Assembly (NCBI GenBank): GCA_049644605.1
Contig: JBARSF010000017.1
Span: 7,805 to 71,804 of the forward strand
Source of the DNA: Anaerolineales bacterium
Lineage (GTDB): Bacteria > Chloroflexota > Anaerolineae > Anaerolineales > UBA11858
Direction of reading: 5' to 3'
Length of the DNA stretch: 64,000 nucleotides
Position numbers and translations under genes: made by a program. Of this stretch, positions 30,426 through 41,202 are shown one piece after another. Numbering within the stretch: the first letter of the stretch is position 1; each line of letters opens with the position of its first letter. The notes under the pieces are model-generated. The model was not told where the DNA came from and ran no database searches. It saw only the letters and a program-made list of their open reading frames with translations.

Positions 30426-30663
30426 GCTTTTTACTCCTTCTTCTTATAGTTATTGAATAACAATTACACTCCCCAATTTTACCAAATTTAAATGAAAATA
30501 TGAGGGTTGTAAGCCAGCCAGGAACAATTTTTTATAAATATTATATACAAGGTACTGGACCGGAAAATCTCTTTAAGGCCTATTAAATTCACTCTTTTGA
30601 TAATTATCCAGCTCCAGAAATAGTAATTTTCTGATGTAATTTTATTGCAGCGTTTTTTAGGAT

Positions 30664-30697
30664 AAAAAAAGGTCCAACGGGATTTTCCGCCGGACCT
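30664..30697 (-). terminator. Intrinsic terminator after pnp
   Basis: Stem aggtcc..gg / cc..ggacct. On the minus strand it is followed by 7-8 T (A-run 30664-30670 on +). Confidence 0.7.
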
Positions 30698-30723
30698 TTT
30701 GCTTTTATAAAATCCTGGTCAAT

Positions 30724-32853
30724 TTATTTCTTTCGGTCGGCTTGTTGGGCTTCTTCCAGAGACCAGCCTTCCAAAACCGCCTGTCTCGATAGCCGGATTT
30801 TGCCGTCTTTGCTGATATCAGTCACCATTACCGTGATCTCATCACCAAATTCAACTATATCCTCCACATTCTTTACATGGCTGGATTCCAGCTGGGAGAT
30901 ATGAACCAGTCCATCGATGCCGGGCAGGATTTCAACGAAGGCACCAAAGGTTTTGATACCAACAACCCTGCCGGTATAAATTCGGCCAACTTCAGGTGTA
31001 GCAGTCAAGCCTTCTATGCGCTCCTGGGCCATCCGGGCGCTCTCACTATTATCCGATGAAATGAATACGATGCCTTCATCATTGATATCAATCCTGGCAC
31101 CTGTTGTCTCCTGGATATCACGGATAGTTTTTCCGCCTGGGCCAATAATCGCACCGATTTTATCCACCGGTACGCGAATGGACTGGATGCGCGGAACATG
31201 GGGTTTCAGATCATCATTGGGCTCTGCAATCGTTTTTAGCATTTCAGCCATAATTTTTGAGCGAGCTACCTTGGCCTCTGCCAATGCTTCTGACATCACC
31301 TGGGAAGAAAGTCCTTTCAGTTTAATATCCATCTGCAGGGCAGTAATCCCAGCTTCTGTTCCGGCAACTTTGAAATCCATATTGCCGATATGATCTTCCA
31401 AACCCTGGATATCGGTCAGGATGGCATAACGGTCACCTTCCATTACCAAACCCATTGCCACTCCGGCTACAGGGGCTTTGATCGGTACCCCAGTATCCAT
31501 CAGGGATAAGGTGGATCCACACACAGAAGCCATGGAGGAGGAACCATTGGAAGACAGTACCTCAGATACCAGGCGCAGTGTGTAGGGGAATTCTTCTTCA
31601 GATGGAATGACGGGCAGCAGTGCCCGTTCAGCCAGGGCACCATGACCGACTTCGCGCCGGGAGGTTCCTCTCAGGAAACGGACTTCTCCCACCGAGAAGG
31701 GGGGGAAGTTGTAGTGGTGCATATAACGTTTGGTTTCCTGGGGGGAAAGATTGTCAATCAACTGGGCATCCCGCGGGGTGCCAAGTGTGGTTAGAGTCAT
31801 CACCTGGGTTTGACCCCTGGTGAATAGACCGGATCCATGGGCCCGGGGGCTGGTACTAACATCACACCAGATATCTCGGACAGTTTTCAGATCTCTACCA
31901 TCAGGTCGTTTCCTGGAATCCAGGATGCGCGCTCTAATGGCCTGTTTTAGGGTTTCTTCAAAAGCTTCTTTGACGTCACCGGAGGAAACATCCTCATCTT
32001 CAGCATATCCTTCGAGAATTTGTTCCCGGAGAGCATCCAATGCTTTCCGAAATTCAACTTTCTCCAGGTCCTTGGCAAGAATATCGTTGATGGGTCCAAG
32101 CGTTTTTCCGTGAACCTGTTCTTTCAGCTCTTCACTGAGTTTAAAGGATTCGTATTCTTTTTTGGTTTTTCCCAGTTCCTGGGCCATTTTTTCCTGGGCG
32201 TCAATCAGCGGTTGAATGGCTTTCTGCCCAAATTCAAGGGCTTCCAGGATAACCTCTTCAGATATTTCTTTTGAATTGCTTTCAACAGTCAGGATCGCTT
32301 CCCGGCTGCCAGCCATGATTAAATCCAGGTCTGATTCTTGAATCTCATCATAGGTCGGATAGGCGATGAATTTTCCAGCAATCCGCCCTACCCTGATAGC
32401 GCCGATAGGACCATCCCAGGGAATATCAGAAATCACCAATGCTGCAGATGCGGAGATGATTCCAATAATATCCATCGGTTGTTGGCCATCAGCAGACAAG
32501 GCATATAAGATCAACTGGACGGAGTTCCGTAAATCTTTGGGGAAAAGCGGCCGCAGCGGTCGGTCAATTAAGCGGGCAGTAAGGGTTGCATCTTCCCCAG
32601 GGCGTCCTTCCCTGCGGAAGAAGCCGCCAGGAATGGTGCCACTGGCGTACATCCGCTCTTCGTAGTTCACAGTCAGCGGGAAGAAATCCGCCCCTTCCCG
32701 GGCATCGTCGCTCATGGTAGCGGTTCCGAGCATCACGGAATCTCCCAATTGGACGGTAACTGCTCCACCGGCCTGACCCGCCAGGGTTCCGGTTTCAATG
32801 ATAATCTCTTTATCCTGCACTACTGCTTTGTATTTTTTTGATTCTGGTTTCAT
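30724..32853 (-). CDS. pnp: Polyribonucleotide nucleotidyltransferase (PNPase)
   Basis: Two RNase PH-like halves plus KH and S1 regions (GRIYTGRVVGIKTFGAFVEI). Start moved to the ATG at 32851-32853, which has AGGAGG 7 nt upstream. Confidence 0.93.
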   Translation of the reverse strand: MKPESKKYKAVVQDKEIIIETGTLAGQAGGAVTVQLGDSVMLGTATMSDDAREGADFFPLTVNYEERMYASGTIPGGFFRREGRPGEDATLTARLIDRPLRPLFPKDLRNSVQLILYALSADGQQPMDIIGIISASAALVISDIPWDGPIGAIRVGRIAGKFIAYPTYDEIQESDLDLIMAGSREAILTVESNSKEISEEVILEALEFGQKAIQPLIDAQEKMAQELGKTKKEYESFKLSEELKEQVHGKTLGPINDILAKDLEKVEFRKALDALREQILEGYAEDEDVSSGDVKEAFEETLKQAIRARILDSRKRPDGRDLKTVRDIWCDVSTSPRAHGSGLFTRGQTQVMTLTTLGTPRDAQLIDNLSPQETKRYMHHYNFPPFSVGEVRFLRGTSRREVGHGALAERALLPVIPSEEEFPYTLRLVSEVLSSNGSSSMASVCGSTLSLMDTGVPIKAPVAGVAMGLVMEGDRYAILTDIQGLEDHIGNMDFKVAGTEAGITALQMDIKLKGLSSQVMSEALAEAKVARSKIMAEMLKTIAEPNDDLKPHVPRIQSIRVPVDKIGAIIGPGGKTIRDIQETTGARIDINDEGIVFISSDNSESARMAQERIEGLTATPEVGRIYTGRVVGIKTFGAFVEILPGIDGLVHISQLESSHVKNVEDIVEFGDEITVMVTDISKDGKIRLSRQAVLEGWSLEEAQQADRKK

Positions 32854-33125
32854 TTTTTTCCTCCTGCCGGTCATTCTTTTGGTCAGGGATTGGGAGCTAG
32901 GGACAATTGATTGTCTTTACCTCCCAATACCCAACCTGACTAGAATGCACGGCTTCAGTACAATTCTAAGATTGAATAAGTAGATAATATAACTTCTATT
33001 ACAATATTCAGTTTTTTGTCCTTGGTGAGAAAGTGATCCACCGCTTTGGCTGGGTCCCCCTTGTATCTCATCCTGCCCGCACCAACTACCGCACTTCCCC
33101 GTAAAACTATATTTCATAAAATCTG

Positions 33126-33168
33126 CAAAAAGAAACCGAGGGGGTGAGATTTTTTTGCACCCACTCGG
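33126..33168 (-). terminator. Intrinsic terminator after rpsO
   Basis: Stem ccgagggggtg / cacccactcgg (one mismatch), followed on the minus strand by tttcttttt. Confidence 0.7.
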
Positions 33169-33178
33169 CTCAGAATAC

Positions 33179-33451
33179 TTATTTTCTTCTTAAGCCCAAA
33201 CGATCACTGATCGCTATATATCTCTGGTAGTCTTCCCGCCGTAAATAGGCTAACAATCTCCGGCGCTGTCCCACCAATTTCAACAATCCCCTCCGGGATG
33301 ATTCATCATGGGTATGACCCTGGAGGTGCCCAGTGAGGTCTGCAATCCTTGTGGTTAACAGGGCAATCTGGACTTCCGGTGAACCTGTATCACTCTGGTG
33401 ACGGCCAAATTCTTTGATGATTTCTTCTTTCTGCGTTTTCGCAATGCTCAT
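33179..33451 (-). CDS. rpsO: 30S ribosomal protein S15
   Basis: 90 aa with [27 protein letters not shown], the S15 signature. Confidence 0.95.
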   Translation of the reverse strand: MSIAKTQKEEIIKEFGRHQSDTGSPEVQIALLTTRIADLTGHLQGHTHDESSRRGLLKLVGQRRRLLAYLRREDYQRYIAISDRLGLRRK

Positions 33452-33584
33452 GACGTCTGCTATCTCCTACTGATATATTATTATTTGCTTTCTAGCAGGT
33501 CTCCTAATCCGCAGCAGATGCCGCAGATTGGTCTAGTCAGCACGGAAATTATACCAAAGACATCCTGAATGGCAAGGATGTTGG

Positions 33585-34508
33585 TTATTCCTTTAAAATT
33601 TGAAGGGTTTGATCGATATCCGACTGAATTTGAGCCGTTAAAGCACTCACCTGGTCAAATTTCATTTCATCTCGGAGCCGGTCAATAAAACCTAAACTTA
33701 TCTGTTCTCCATAAATATCTCTGGAAAAATCCAGCAGGTGGGCTTCGATCCGGGGGCTTTCTATCCCCCCTCCAAATGTTGGCCTAAAACCAATATTAGT
33801 GACTGCTTTCCAGGATTTCCCTTGAACATCCGCCTGGCAGGCATAAACACCTGGTTTGATATTGACCATTTCTTCCGGAACTTCGAGGTTCGAGGTTGGA
33901 AAACCAAGGCTTTTTCCCCGGTTCTCACCACTGATCACCCTGCCTGAAATTTGAAATGGTCTTCCAAGGAATGCAGCTGCTTCCCGCATATTTCCTTCCC
34001 GGATACTGCGCCGGATCCGGCTGGATGAAACTAATTCCTCCTTGACATAAAACGGGGGGATCTCCATAAGTTCATATCCAAATAATCCTCCAAGTTCTTT
34101 TAAGCGGTCTGGTGTTCCCTCCCGGTTCTTTCCCAGGGCGAAATCATATCCTACCCAAAGCTGAGAGAAATGGAGCTGTTGATGCAAAACACGAATAAAC
34201 GCCTCCGCGCTCAACAAGGAAGTTTCTTTTGAAAAATTGTAGGTCAGGATAAAATCCACGCCAAGCTCAGCCAGGTATTGAGCCCGCTTCTCAGGAAGAG
34301 TAAGATAAAATGGTCGAGTCTCTTCTTTAATAACCAGCAGAGGATGGGGATGAAATGTGACTACAACGGCAGGTTGTTTGTTCTTATGGGCCTGGGCAAC
34401 CAGGGCGTGAATAATCTGCTGGTGGCCCAGGTGAACCCCATCAAAACTGCCAATGGTTAACCAGGAGTCTTCCAGCTGAATTTCTTCTACGTTGTGGAAA
34501 TGCTGCAT
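33585..34508 (-). CDS. ribF: Bifunctional riboflavin kinase / FMN adenylyltransferase
   Basis: IGSFDGVHLGHQ N-terminal motif and a C-terminal riboflavin kinase part (GFPT.N, IEAHLLDF). Confidence 0.9.
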   Translation of the reverse strand: MQHFHNVEEIQLEDSWLTIGSFDGVHLGHQQIIHALVAQAHKNKQPAVVVTFHPHPLLVIKEETRPFYLTLPEKRAQYLAELGVDFILTYNFSKETSLLSAEAFIRVLHQQLHFSQLWVGYDFALGKNREGTPDRLKELGGLFGYELMEIPPFYVKEELVSSSRIRRSIREGNMREAAAFLGRPFQISGRVISGENRGKSLGFPTSNLEVPEEMVNIKPGVYACQADVQGKSWKAVTNIGFRPTFGGGIESPRIEAHLLDFSRDIYGEQISLGFIDRLRDEMKFDQVSALTAQIQSDIDQTLQILKE

Positions 34509-34532
34509 TTTAAATCCTGCATCATGAGGCGG

Positions 34533-35444
34533 TCAGGTTGTAATAAATACCTTTCGGGGCTGCCAGGTACTTTCCCCTTCGGTTACTTCTAAGAGGGCGA
34601 TCAGATCGCCTTGTTCACTTAATCCCCTCGCCCAACCAGACGCGCCTGGTTCAGCTGAGATGCGGAGCCCGTGTTTGATCTTATCTGTATCTTCTGCAGA
34701 CAATTCAATTGTGTGCCAATCTGCCAGGGTTTCTGCCGCAGGAATGAGGTGTTTATACCAATCCCCGGCTTCAAAGGAATCTTTTAACTCCTGCAGTCGA
34801 ACTGCGTCCCGGAGAGTAAATTGACCGTTTTTGGTCCTTCTCAGGCCGGTCAGATGGGCTCCCACCTCCAGGTCATTGCCAAGATCATTCGCCAGCGATC
34901 GCACGTAGGTTCCCGAAGACGCATAGACATCAATCACTGCCTCCGGAGGAGACCACTCGAGCAGCTCCAGATTATAGACATCAATCATCCTGGGTTCCAG
35001 CTCAACTTCCTCTCCCTTGCGGGCAAGCTCATAGGCTTTTTTCCCATTGATCTTTACAGCAGAGTGAGCTGGTGGAACTTGAGCGATTTTCCCTTCATAA
35101 TCCCGCAGCAGCTGCTGGAAATCATCCTCAGTAATGTGATCAACGGATTTTGTTTCCCCTACTTGTTTTCCTTCCGTGTCATAGGTATCGGTAGCGACAC
35201 CAAATCTAATGATTGCCTGATACCGTTTGTCTGAAGCGGATAGGAATTCACTTAAACGGACAGCCGGTCCAATTAAAACCACCAGCACACCTGATGCTCT
35301 CGGGTCGAGTGTTCCTGTATGTCCGGCTCTACGTATTCCAGTACCGTGCCGAACTACTTTAACAACATCATGGGATGTCATTCCAACTGGTTTATCAATA
35401 ACCAGCGCTCCAGTAATAAAATCTTTTAAATCGTCTTTTTCCAT
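34533..35444 (-). CDS. truB: tRNA pseudouridine(55) synthase
   Basis: IDKPVGMTSHDVV ... GHTGTLDP catalytic Asp motif. Confidence 0.92.
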   Translation of the reverse strand: MEKDDLKDFITGALVIDKPVGMTSHDVVKVVRHGTGIRRAGHTGTLDPRASGVLVVLIGPAVRLSEFLSASDKRYQAIIRFGVATDTYDTEGKQVGETKSVDHITEDDFQQLLRDYEGKIAQVPPAHSAVKINGKKAYELARKGEEVELEPRMIDVYNLELLEWSPPEAVIDVYASSGTYVRSLANDLGNDLEVGAHLTGLRRTKNGQFTLRDAVRLQELKDSFEAGDWYKHLIPAAETLADWHTIELSAEDTDKIKHGLRISAEPGASGWARGLSEQGDLIALLEVTEGESTWQPRKVFITT

Positions 35445-35480
35445 CGTTTTATCTCCCCAGCTTTTTTTAGATGATTTAGG

Positions 35481-36440
35481 TTATCCGCTTCCGTTTAATG
35501 CGTTTTTGGTAGCCTGAAGGACTTCTTCCTGGACCTTTTCCAGTTTTCCCTCTATCTCTGCTCCAGAAGCGGGTATATGTCCACCCCCCCCGAACTGGAT
35601 CGCAATTTTGGATACATCAAATCCAGGGCGAGCCCGCCAACTTACCTTCACAGTCCCATTGGTCTGTTCGACAAAAACCAGACTGATATCAGTATCCCTG
35701 ATCATGGATAGCACATTAATTAAATCCGCGTCATCCCGTCCTGTATAATCAGCCTGTTTCCTGTCATCCAGGCTGAGAGATGTCCAAACCAAGCGATCTT
35801 CCTGGTTTATCTTTGCTAATCCCTGCCCCCAGTATTTAACAGCTTCCAAAGATTTTTCACCAAGCGCTTTGCGATGGAGATCGGGCAGGTCTGCCCCTAA
35901 TTCCTGCAGGTCTGCAGCGATTCTTAATGACTTGGGAGAGGTATTGGAAGTGCGGAAACCCAGGCTGTCGGTAATCAACCCTGTCAAGAGAGCTTCAGCG
36001 ATAGCCTTGTTGAGGGGAAAAGAGAGCTCTTCAGCCAGATCATAAATCATCTCCGCGGTTGCGACAGCGTCCTCTTGAACCAGATTTACACGGGCAAATC
36101 GTGTGTTGGTAGGGTGATGATCAATATTTACATCAGGTTCACCGTACTCATCAAGCACATTGCCAATCCGGTCAATATCGGAACAATCCACAACAACAAT
36201 CAAGTCATACACTCCGGCAGTTTCCCGGAAAACTTTGTCATATGAAGGAAGATGGTGAAAAACTTTGGGCACCCCATCTTCCAGCACCAAATTTACTTCT
36301 TTCCCCAGCTCTTCAAATATCAGGCCTAAGCCAATCAGCGATCCAACGGCATCCCCATCTGGACGAGTATGGGAGATAATCAAAATCCGTTCAGCCCGCT
36401 GTATCAGGCTGTCAAAGGCTTGAATATTTTCCTTATTCAT
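35481..36440 (-). CDS. DHH/DHHA1 family phosphoesterase (NrnA-like)
   Basis: ISHTRPDGDAVGS, DHHP and GGGH motifs. Start set to the ATG at 36438-36440 (GAGGA 5 nt upstream), overlapping the rbfA stop. Confidence 0.8.
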   Translation of the reverse strand: MNKENIQAFDSLIQRAERILIISHTRPDGDAVGSLIGLGLIFEELGKEVNLVLEDGVPKVFHHLPSYDKVFRETAGVYDLIVVVDCSDIDRIGNVLDEYGEPDVNIDHHPTNTRFARVNLVQEDAVATAEMIYDLAEELSFPLNKAIAEALLTGLITDSLGFRTSNTSPKSLRIAADLQELGADLPDLHRKALGEKSLEAVKYWGQGLAKINQEDRLVWTSLSLDDRKQADYTGRDDADLINVLSMIRDTDISLVFVEQTNGTVKVSWRARPGFDVSKIAIQFGGGGHIPASGAEIEGKLEKVQEEVLQATKNALNGSG

Positions 36441-36807
36441 CCAAATCCTCAATCCCTTCTTCCTCATCGAGCTCCGCAAAGATCTGATCTAAGCGGTCCA
36501 CCCGTTCAGGAATGGGATCCCAATGAAATCGCAGTGCTGGAAAGCTGCGTAGGTGAGATAAGCTGTGCGCCAACTGGGAACGGATAAATCCCCCGGCCCG
36601 ATGCAGGGCATCCATAATCTCTTTTTTTCTCTCTGTGCCCTCTATTGCGGAAACGTAAATATCGGCAAAGGTAACTTCTTTGTCCAGATTAACACTTGTG
36701 ACAGTGACACCATCCAGGCGCGGGTCACTAATCTCCTGTAAAAAGATCAGGGATAAATCCCGTTTTATTCTATCGGCTATCCGTACTGATCGCGATTCAG
36801 AAACCAT
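36433..36807 (-). CDS. rbfA: Ribosome-binding factor A
   Basis: 124 aa with R..R....I.R.LS.I...EI.DPRL..VT.T.V....D. pattern; conserved position after infB. Confidence 0.9.
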   Translation of the reverse strand: MVSESRSVRIADRIKRDLSLIFLQEISDPRLDGVTVTSVNLDKEVTFADIYVSAIEGTERKKEIMDALHRAGGFIRSQLAHSLSHLRSFPALRFHWDPIPERVDRLDQIFAELDEEEGIEDLDE

Positions 36808-36812
36808 ACCTC

Positions 36813-38618
36813 TTAGTACTCCGATACCATTTCAATTACATAACTTTCCAGGATATCGCCCTCTTCGAATGCAGAAAATCCTTTTAACCCGATCCCGCAT
36901 TCAAAACCATCCCGGACTTCATTAATATCATCCTGATGCCGTTTTAAGGAAGCGATTTCACCTTCAAAAGCAACTTTGCCTTCCCGGAGTACCCGGATCT
37001 TGGCATTCCGGCGGATCTCTCCAGTATCAACCCGGCAGCCGGCGACTTGGTTGTATTTACCGGAAGGGAATACAGCCAGCACTTCTGCCCGGCCAATCAG
37101 GATCTTCTTTTCCACCGGTTCAAGCATACCTTTGAGGGCTTTCTCAATATCATCAATCAGATGATAAATAATATTGTATTTACGGATTGAGATCCCATCC
37201 GCATCAGCCAACCGTTTTGCAGCGGCGTCCGGTCCAACATTAAATCCAATAATAATCGCGTTGGTGGCGGATGCCAGCATAACATCATTTTCACCTACAT
37301 TCCCGGTTCCCGCGTGGATCACTTTTACGCCAATATCCTGATCCCCTCCACTTTTCAAGTCAGAAACAGAGGAGACGATAGGTTCTAATGATCCCTGAAC
37401 ATCCGCTTTGATAATCAAGCGCAGTTCCTCTTCCTCACCAGCCTGGACCCGCTCAAAGAGCTGCTCCAAATTAGTTACTTGATCCTCTTCCGCTTCTACT
37501 TTAACAGAGCGGATCTTTCGTTTTTCTATCAGTTCCCGGGCTACTTTTTCACTCTCAACTACATTAAAGAGCTCTCCGGCCTTGGGAACATCACTTAAAC
37601 CCATTATAGATACAGGAACTGAAGGCCCAGCCAGTTTTATCTTATTCCCTTTGTAATCAAACATGGCTTTTACTCTACCGCAAGTTGTGCCGGCAATTAC
37701 TGTATCCCCCACTTCTAATGTTCCATTTTGAACCAGCAAGGTAGTCATCACACCTCGTCCCCGGGTAAGTTCAGCCTCAATCACAGTTCCAAATACATCA
37801 CCCTGGGGATTGGCAAATATTTCCAGATCCTCTGAAACCAGCAAGATCGCTTCCATGAGGTCGTCCAATCCTGTTTTCTCAATCGCAGAAATCGGAACAA
37901 TAATGGTATCGCCCTCCCAGTCATCTGGAACAATTCCAATATCAGACAGCTGTTGTTTAACCTGATCAGGTGCGGCGTTATCCTTATCAATTTTATTCAA
38001 GGCAACAATCATCGATACTTGGGCTGCCCGTGTATGCGCGATAGCTTCTTCAGTCTGGGGCATCACCCCGTCATCAGCAGCAACGACCAGGACAACAATA
38101 TCCGCTCCCTGGGCGCCGCGTGCTCGCATAGCTGTGAAGGCAGCATGGCCGGGAGTATCCAGAAAAGTAATGGTTTTCCCATCATGCTCAACTTGGTATG
38201 CACCGATATGCTGAGTAATCCCTCCGGCTTCCCCGGCGGCTACCGAGGTATCCCGGATCGCATCCAGCAGAGTGGTCTTTCCATGGTCAACATGTCCCAG
38301 GATGGCTATCACGGGAGGCCGTCTTTCCAACTGCTCCTGGTCCTCATCCTCTAATTTTTTCCGCCAGAGGGGAATTTCAACCACTTCCTGATCCTCTTCT
38401 TCTTCGATCTGGAGCGGGACAGCTTCAAAACCCATTTCCTCCGATACAATGGCAGCTGTGTCAAAATCAATCTCCTGATTGATGTTAGCCATCATCCCGT
38501 TTGCCATTAAAGTCTTGATTATCTCTATCGGACTGGCATCCAAGGATTGGGCCAGCTCCCGGACAGTTATGCTGATAGGCAGTTCTATTTGTTTAATCTC
38601 TTGTCCGTTTTCACTCAT
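36813..38618 (-). CDS. infB: Translation initiation factor IF-2 (short form, 601 aa)
   Basis: [17 protein letters not shown] and NKID GTPase motifs plus a conserved C-terminal part. Confidence 0.95.
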   Translation of the reverse strand: MSENGQEIKQIELPISITVRELAQSLDASPIEIIKTLMANGMMANINQEIDFDTAAIVSEEMGFEAVPLQIEEEEDQEVVEIPLWRKKLEDEDQEQLERRPPVIAILGHVDHGKTTLLDAIRDTSVAAGEAGGITQHIGAYQVEHDGKTITFLDTPGHAAFTAMRARGAQGADIVVLVVAADDGVMPQTEEAIAHTRAAQVSMIVALNKIDKDNAAPDQVKQQLSDIGIVPDDWEGDTIIVPISAIEKTGLDDLMEAILLVSEDLEIFANPQGDVFGTVIEAELTRGRGVMTTLLVQNGTLEVGDTVIAGTTCGRVKAMFDYKGNKIKLAGPSVPVSIMGLSDVPKAGELFNVVESEKVARELIEKRKIRSVKVEAEEDQVTNLEQLFERVQAGEEEELRLIIKADVQGSLEPIVSSVSDLKSGGDQDIGVKVIHAGTGNVGENDVMLASATNAIIIGFNVGPDAAAKRLADADGISIRKYNIIYHLIDDIEKALKGMLEPVEKKILIGRAEVLAVFPSGKYNQVAGCRVDTGEIRRNAKIRVLREGKVAFEGEIASLKRHQDDINEVRDGFECGIGLKGFSAFEEGDILESYVIEMVSEY

Positions 38619-38671
38619 GTATTACCTCATTGGTGGTGGTGTCAATACCAATTTATTCATTGGAATATATT

Positions 38672-38968
38672 TTATTGATCAGATTCCTGCTGGCTCTGCT
38701 CCGAAAGGGTTATCTGGAATAAAAGAAGTCTTTCCTGATCCTGTTTTGAAAATTCTGTTTTCAGGGCTTTTTGAAGCGATTTCTTCAACCCAATCTCCCA
38801 GCAGGAGGGATCGGCATGCAGATAAGCTCCCCTGCCTGCCAGCTTTCCAGTTTCGTCTACAAAAACCCCTTCTTTCGTCCGGACAATCCGGATCAAGGAT
38901 TTTTTGTCCTGGCTCTGCCGGCAAGCAACACACATCCTTTGCGGCTTGTGTTTTCGTCGCGCCATCAA
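38672..38968 (-). CDS. ylxR: YlxR/RnpM family (DUF448) RNA-binding protein
   Basis: RMCVACR....K..LIR.V ... GRGAY motifs; located between nusA and infB as in many bacteria. Confidence 0.85.
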   Translation of the reverse strand: MMARRKHKPQRMCVACRQSQDKKSLIRIVRTKEGVFVDETGKLAGRGAYLHADPSCWEIGLKKSLQKALKTEFSKQDQERLLLFQITLSEQSQQESDQ

Positions 38969-38979
38969 AATATTCCCAA

Positions 38980-40968
38980 TTACTCCTCTTCCTGATCTTC
39001 AGGATTATCCTCAGGCCGATCAGAACTCTCCGGTTCAGGATCTTCATCCCCGGTATCTGCCTCTTCCTCGGCAGATTCTTCTTCTGAGTCAGTCTGTTCT
39101 CCTTCAGCGTCGGATATTGGCTCATCTCCCGGTATTTCTTCTTCTACAACCTCTTCCACTTCAGAATCGGTTTCCTGGTTTTCCTCGGTTTCTAGCTCAG
39201 CTTCCGATTCAGCTTCCGATTCCCCTTCTTGATCATCTTCTAGATCTTCAGGGTCTTCTTCCATTTCAGGTTCGAGTTCTTCACCGTCTTTTTCTGAGGG
39301 TTCTTCCTCATCTGTACCAGGCTCTTCACCCTCAATTTCAGCTTCAGTTCCAATATCGCCTTCTACCTCTGCAGCGGGTTCCTGACCATCCTCATGCTCT
39401 TTTTCTGCGGTCGGGCTTTGATCTTCCACCAGCAAATCTTCCTCAACATCCAATTCCTCTGGAAGCGGTTGATAACCTATCATCACTTCCAGGGCGTTTT
39501 CGATTTGTTTGATATAGGATGGTCCGATGCCGTCGATATCACCAATTGAACTGGGCACCAGGAGCAGCCGATAAGCCAGTTCTCCAACGTTGGCAAACCC
39601 GGCTTCGCCGAGCAGATTTTCCACTTTCGTCGGTAAACCCAGAGTCATGATTGGCAGATCGTAGGCATCATCCGGTACTGCCCCTTTCGCAGCCTGGATC
39701 CTGGCTTGCTGCTGTTTTGTCACTTGCTTTCGTTCTTTAATCAAACCGGTCTCAACTCGATTGTTAAAATAGTGTAGTTCCCGGTACTCTTCCGGTGTAA
39801 TCGGCCTGCCTTCAGCCTTTTTACCCATAATTATTTCGATCCTCGGAATTGTGGTCGCTTCCAGATCCTGGTACTGGGTATACTTGGGATCATTCTGGAT
39901 TTTATACAGCGTATCGGAAATCGCTTCAAAGAGACCTTTGATATCTATTCGCCAGCCGGATAATTTAGCAGCCAGGCGGGCATTTTGGCCGTTCCGCCCA
40001 ATCGCCAAACTGAGCTGATCTTCCGGGACAACCACAGTCGCTGTTGGCATACCATCGGTTTCTTTGTTAAGGAATACACTCAAAACCCGGGCAGGACTTA
40101 ATGCCTTGGCGATAAACTCTTCCGTGTTTGGATTCCATTCGATAACATCGATTTTTTCATCACTTAATTCACGCACAATGGCTTGTATCCGGACTCCGCG
40201 GATGCCAACACAGGCCCCAACCGGATCCACGCCGGGTTTTAGCGCGGAGACCGCAACCTTGGATCGGTATCCAGCTTCCCGGGCGATCGACCGGATTTCC
40301 ACTAATCCCTGGTAAATTTCAGGGACTTCATTTTCCAGCAGCCGGCGTAAAAAATCCCTGTGCGCTCGGGAAAGGATAATTCGCGGTTCGCGGGTAGTTT
40401 CCTCTACATCCAGCAATAAAGCCCGAATCCGGTCATGCACCCGGTAATATTCCTTGGCGATTTGCTGGTTGCGGGGCATTTTGCCTTCGGCATTAATATT
40501 TAACCCAATCGTTAGCTCATGGCGGTGAACTGCCTGAATCACACCAGTTACAATCTCGCCGGTTTTTCCAATGTAATATTCATATTGGGCAAGACGCTCA
40601 GCCTGACGAATGCGCTGCTGAATGACCTGGCGGGCAGTCTGGGCAGCCACTCGGCCAAAATCGTCCGGTGTGCTTTCCACCATTTCCAGATCCCCGTACT
40701 GGGTATCCTTGTTAACTTTTTGGGCTTCAGCCAGGACCACTTCAGTCCGATTATCCTGAACTTCATCAACCACTTCTTTTTCAACAAAAACCGTCACTTC
40801 CCCGGTCTCAAGATCGATCTCAGCCTCAACCTTTTGGGCGCTGGATGCATTTACAGACCGCCTGTAGGCGGAAACCATGGCGTCTTGTAACGCCTCAACA
40901 ATGATTTCCTCAGGAAGGTTTTTGTCATTTAGGACCTGTTTAAAAGCCAAAGCAAATTCTGTTTTCAT
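38980..40968 (-). CDS. nusA: Transcription termination/antitermination factor NusA with a ~200-aa extremely acidic C-terminal tail
   Basis: [13 protein letters not shown]-terminus, then S1, KH1/KH2 and a helix-hairpin-helix region. Start moved to the ATG at 40966-40968 (GGAG 8 nt upstream). The track start at 41022 would include a terminator T-run. Confidence 0.9.
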   Translation of the reverse strand: MKTEFALAFKQVLNDKNLPEEIIVEALQDAMVSAYRRSVNASSAQKVEAEIDLETGEVTVFVEKEVVDEVQDNRTEVVLAEAQKVNKDTQYGDLEMVESTPDDFGRVAAQTARQVIQQRIRQAERLAQYEYYIGKTGEIVTGVIQAVHRHELTIGLNINAEGKMPRNQQIAKEYYRVHDRIRALLLDVEETTREPRIILSRAHRDFLRRLLENEVPEIYQGLVEIRSIAREAGYRSKVAVSALKPGVDPVGACVGIRGVRIQAIVRELSDEKIDVIEWNPNTEEFIAKALSPARVLSVFLNKETDGMPTATVVVPEDQLSLAIGRNGQNARLAAKLSGWRIDIKGLFEAISDTLYKIQNDPKYTQYQDLEATTIPRIEIIMGKKAEGRPITPEEYRELHYFNNRVETGLIKERKQVTKQQQARIQAAKGAVPDDAYDLPIMTLGLPTKVENLLGEAGFANVGELAYRLLLVPSSIGDIDGIGPSYIKQIENALEVMIGYQPLPEELDVEEDLLVEDQSPTAEKEHEDGQEPAAEVEGDIGTEAEIEGEEPGTDEEEPSEKDGEELEPEMEEDPEDLEDDQEGESEAESEAELETEENQETDSEVEEVVEEEIPGDEPISDAEGEQTDSEEESAEEEADTGDEDPEPESSDRPEDNPEDQEEE

Positions 40969-41022
40969 TTCTATTTCTCCAACTACTCTTGATGGGGAGG
41001 AGTTATTTTCCAGCGGTGGCAA

Positions 41023-41046
41023 TAAAAAAAGTGGGGTTGACCCACT
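41023..41046 (-). terminator. Terminator-like hairpin in the nusA leader (possible attenuator)
   Basis: On the minus strand: stem agtggg / cccact with loop, then 7 T. It ends ~55 nt before the nusA ATG. Confidence 0.5.
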
Positions 41047-41097
41047 TTCCGTCGCCGCCAGTATTGCTGCCTCCCTCTAAAAATCATTTTATCACGA

Positions 41098-41130
41098 ACA
41101 AAAACCGCTGGCAAGGCATCCCCCTGCCAG
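41098..41130 (-). terminator. Intrinsic terminator after the DHH-CBS-CCA gene
   Basis: Stem ctggca.gg / cc.tgccag, followed on the minus strand by cggttttt. Confidence 0.6.
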
Positions 41131-41202
41131 AAATATTCCCCGTTATATCCGGGCTTCAAAAACCAGGCTTGTTCTATTCCAAAATGCCTGAAATGGAGGG
41201 AT

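Noticed and set aside
38679-39512. Long ORFs 38904-39512 (+), 38679-39125 (-) and 38479-39087 (+)
   Set aside because: These are shadow ORFs created by the low-complexity acidic tail of nusA and by ylxR. Their products are Pro/Leu/Gln-rich or Arg-rich repeats with no start context, and they overlap well-supported genes.
40969-41022. Track start of nusA at 41022
   Set aside because: The extension would begin inside the T-run of a terminator hairpin and adds an unconserved peptide. MKTEFALAF with GGAG upstream is the typical NusA start.
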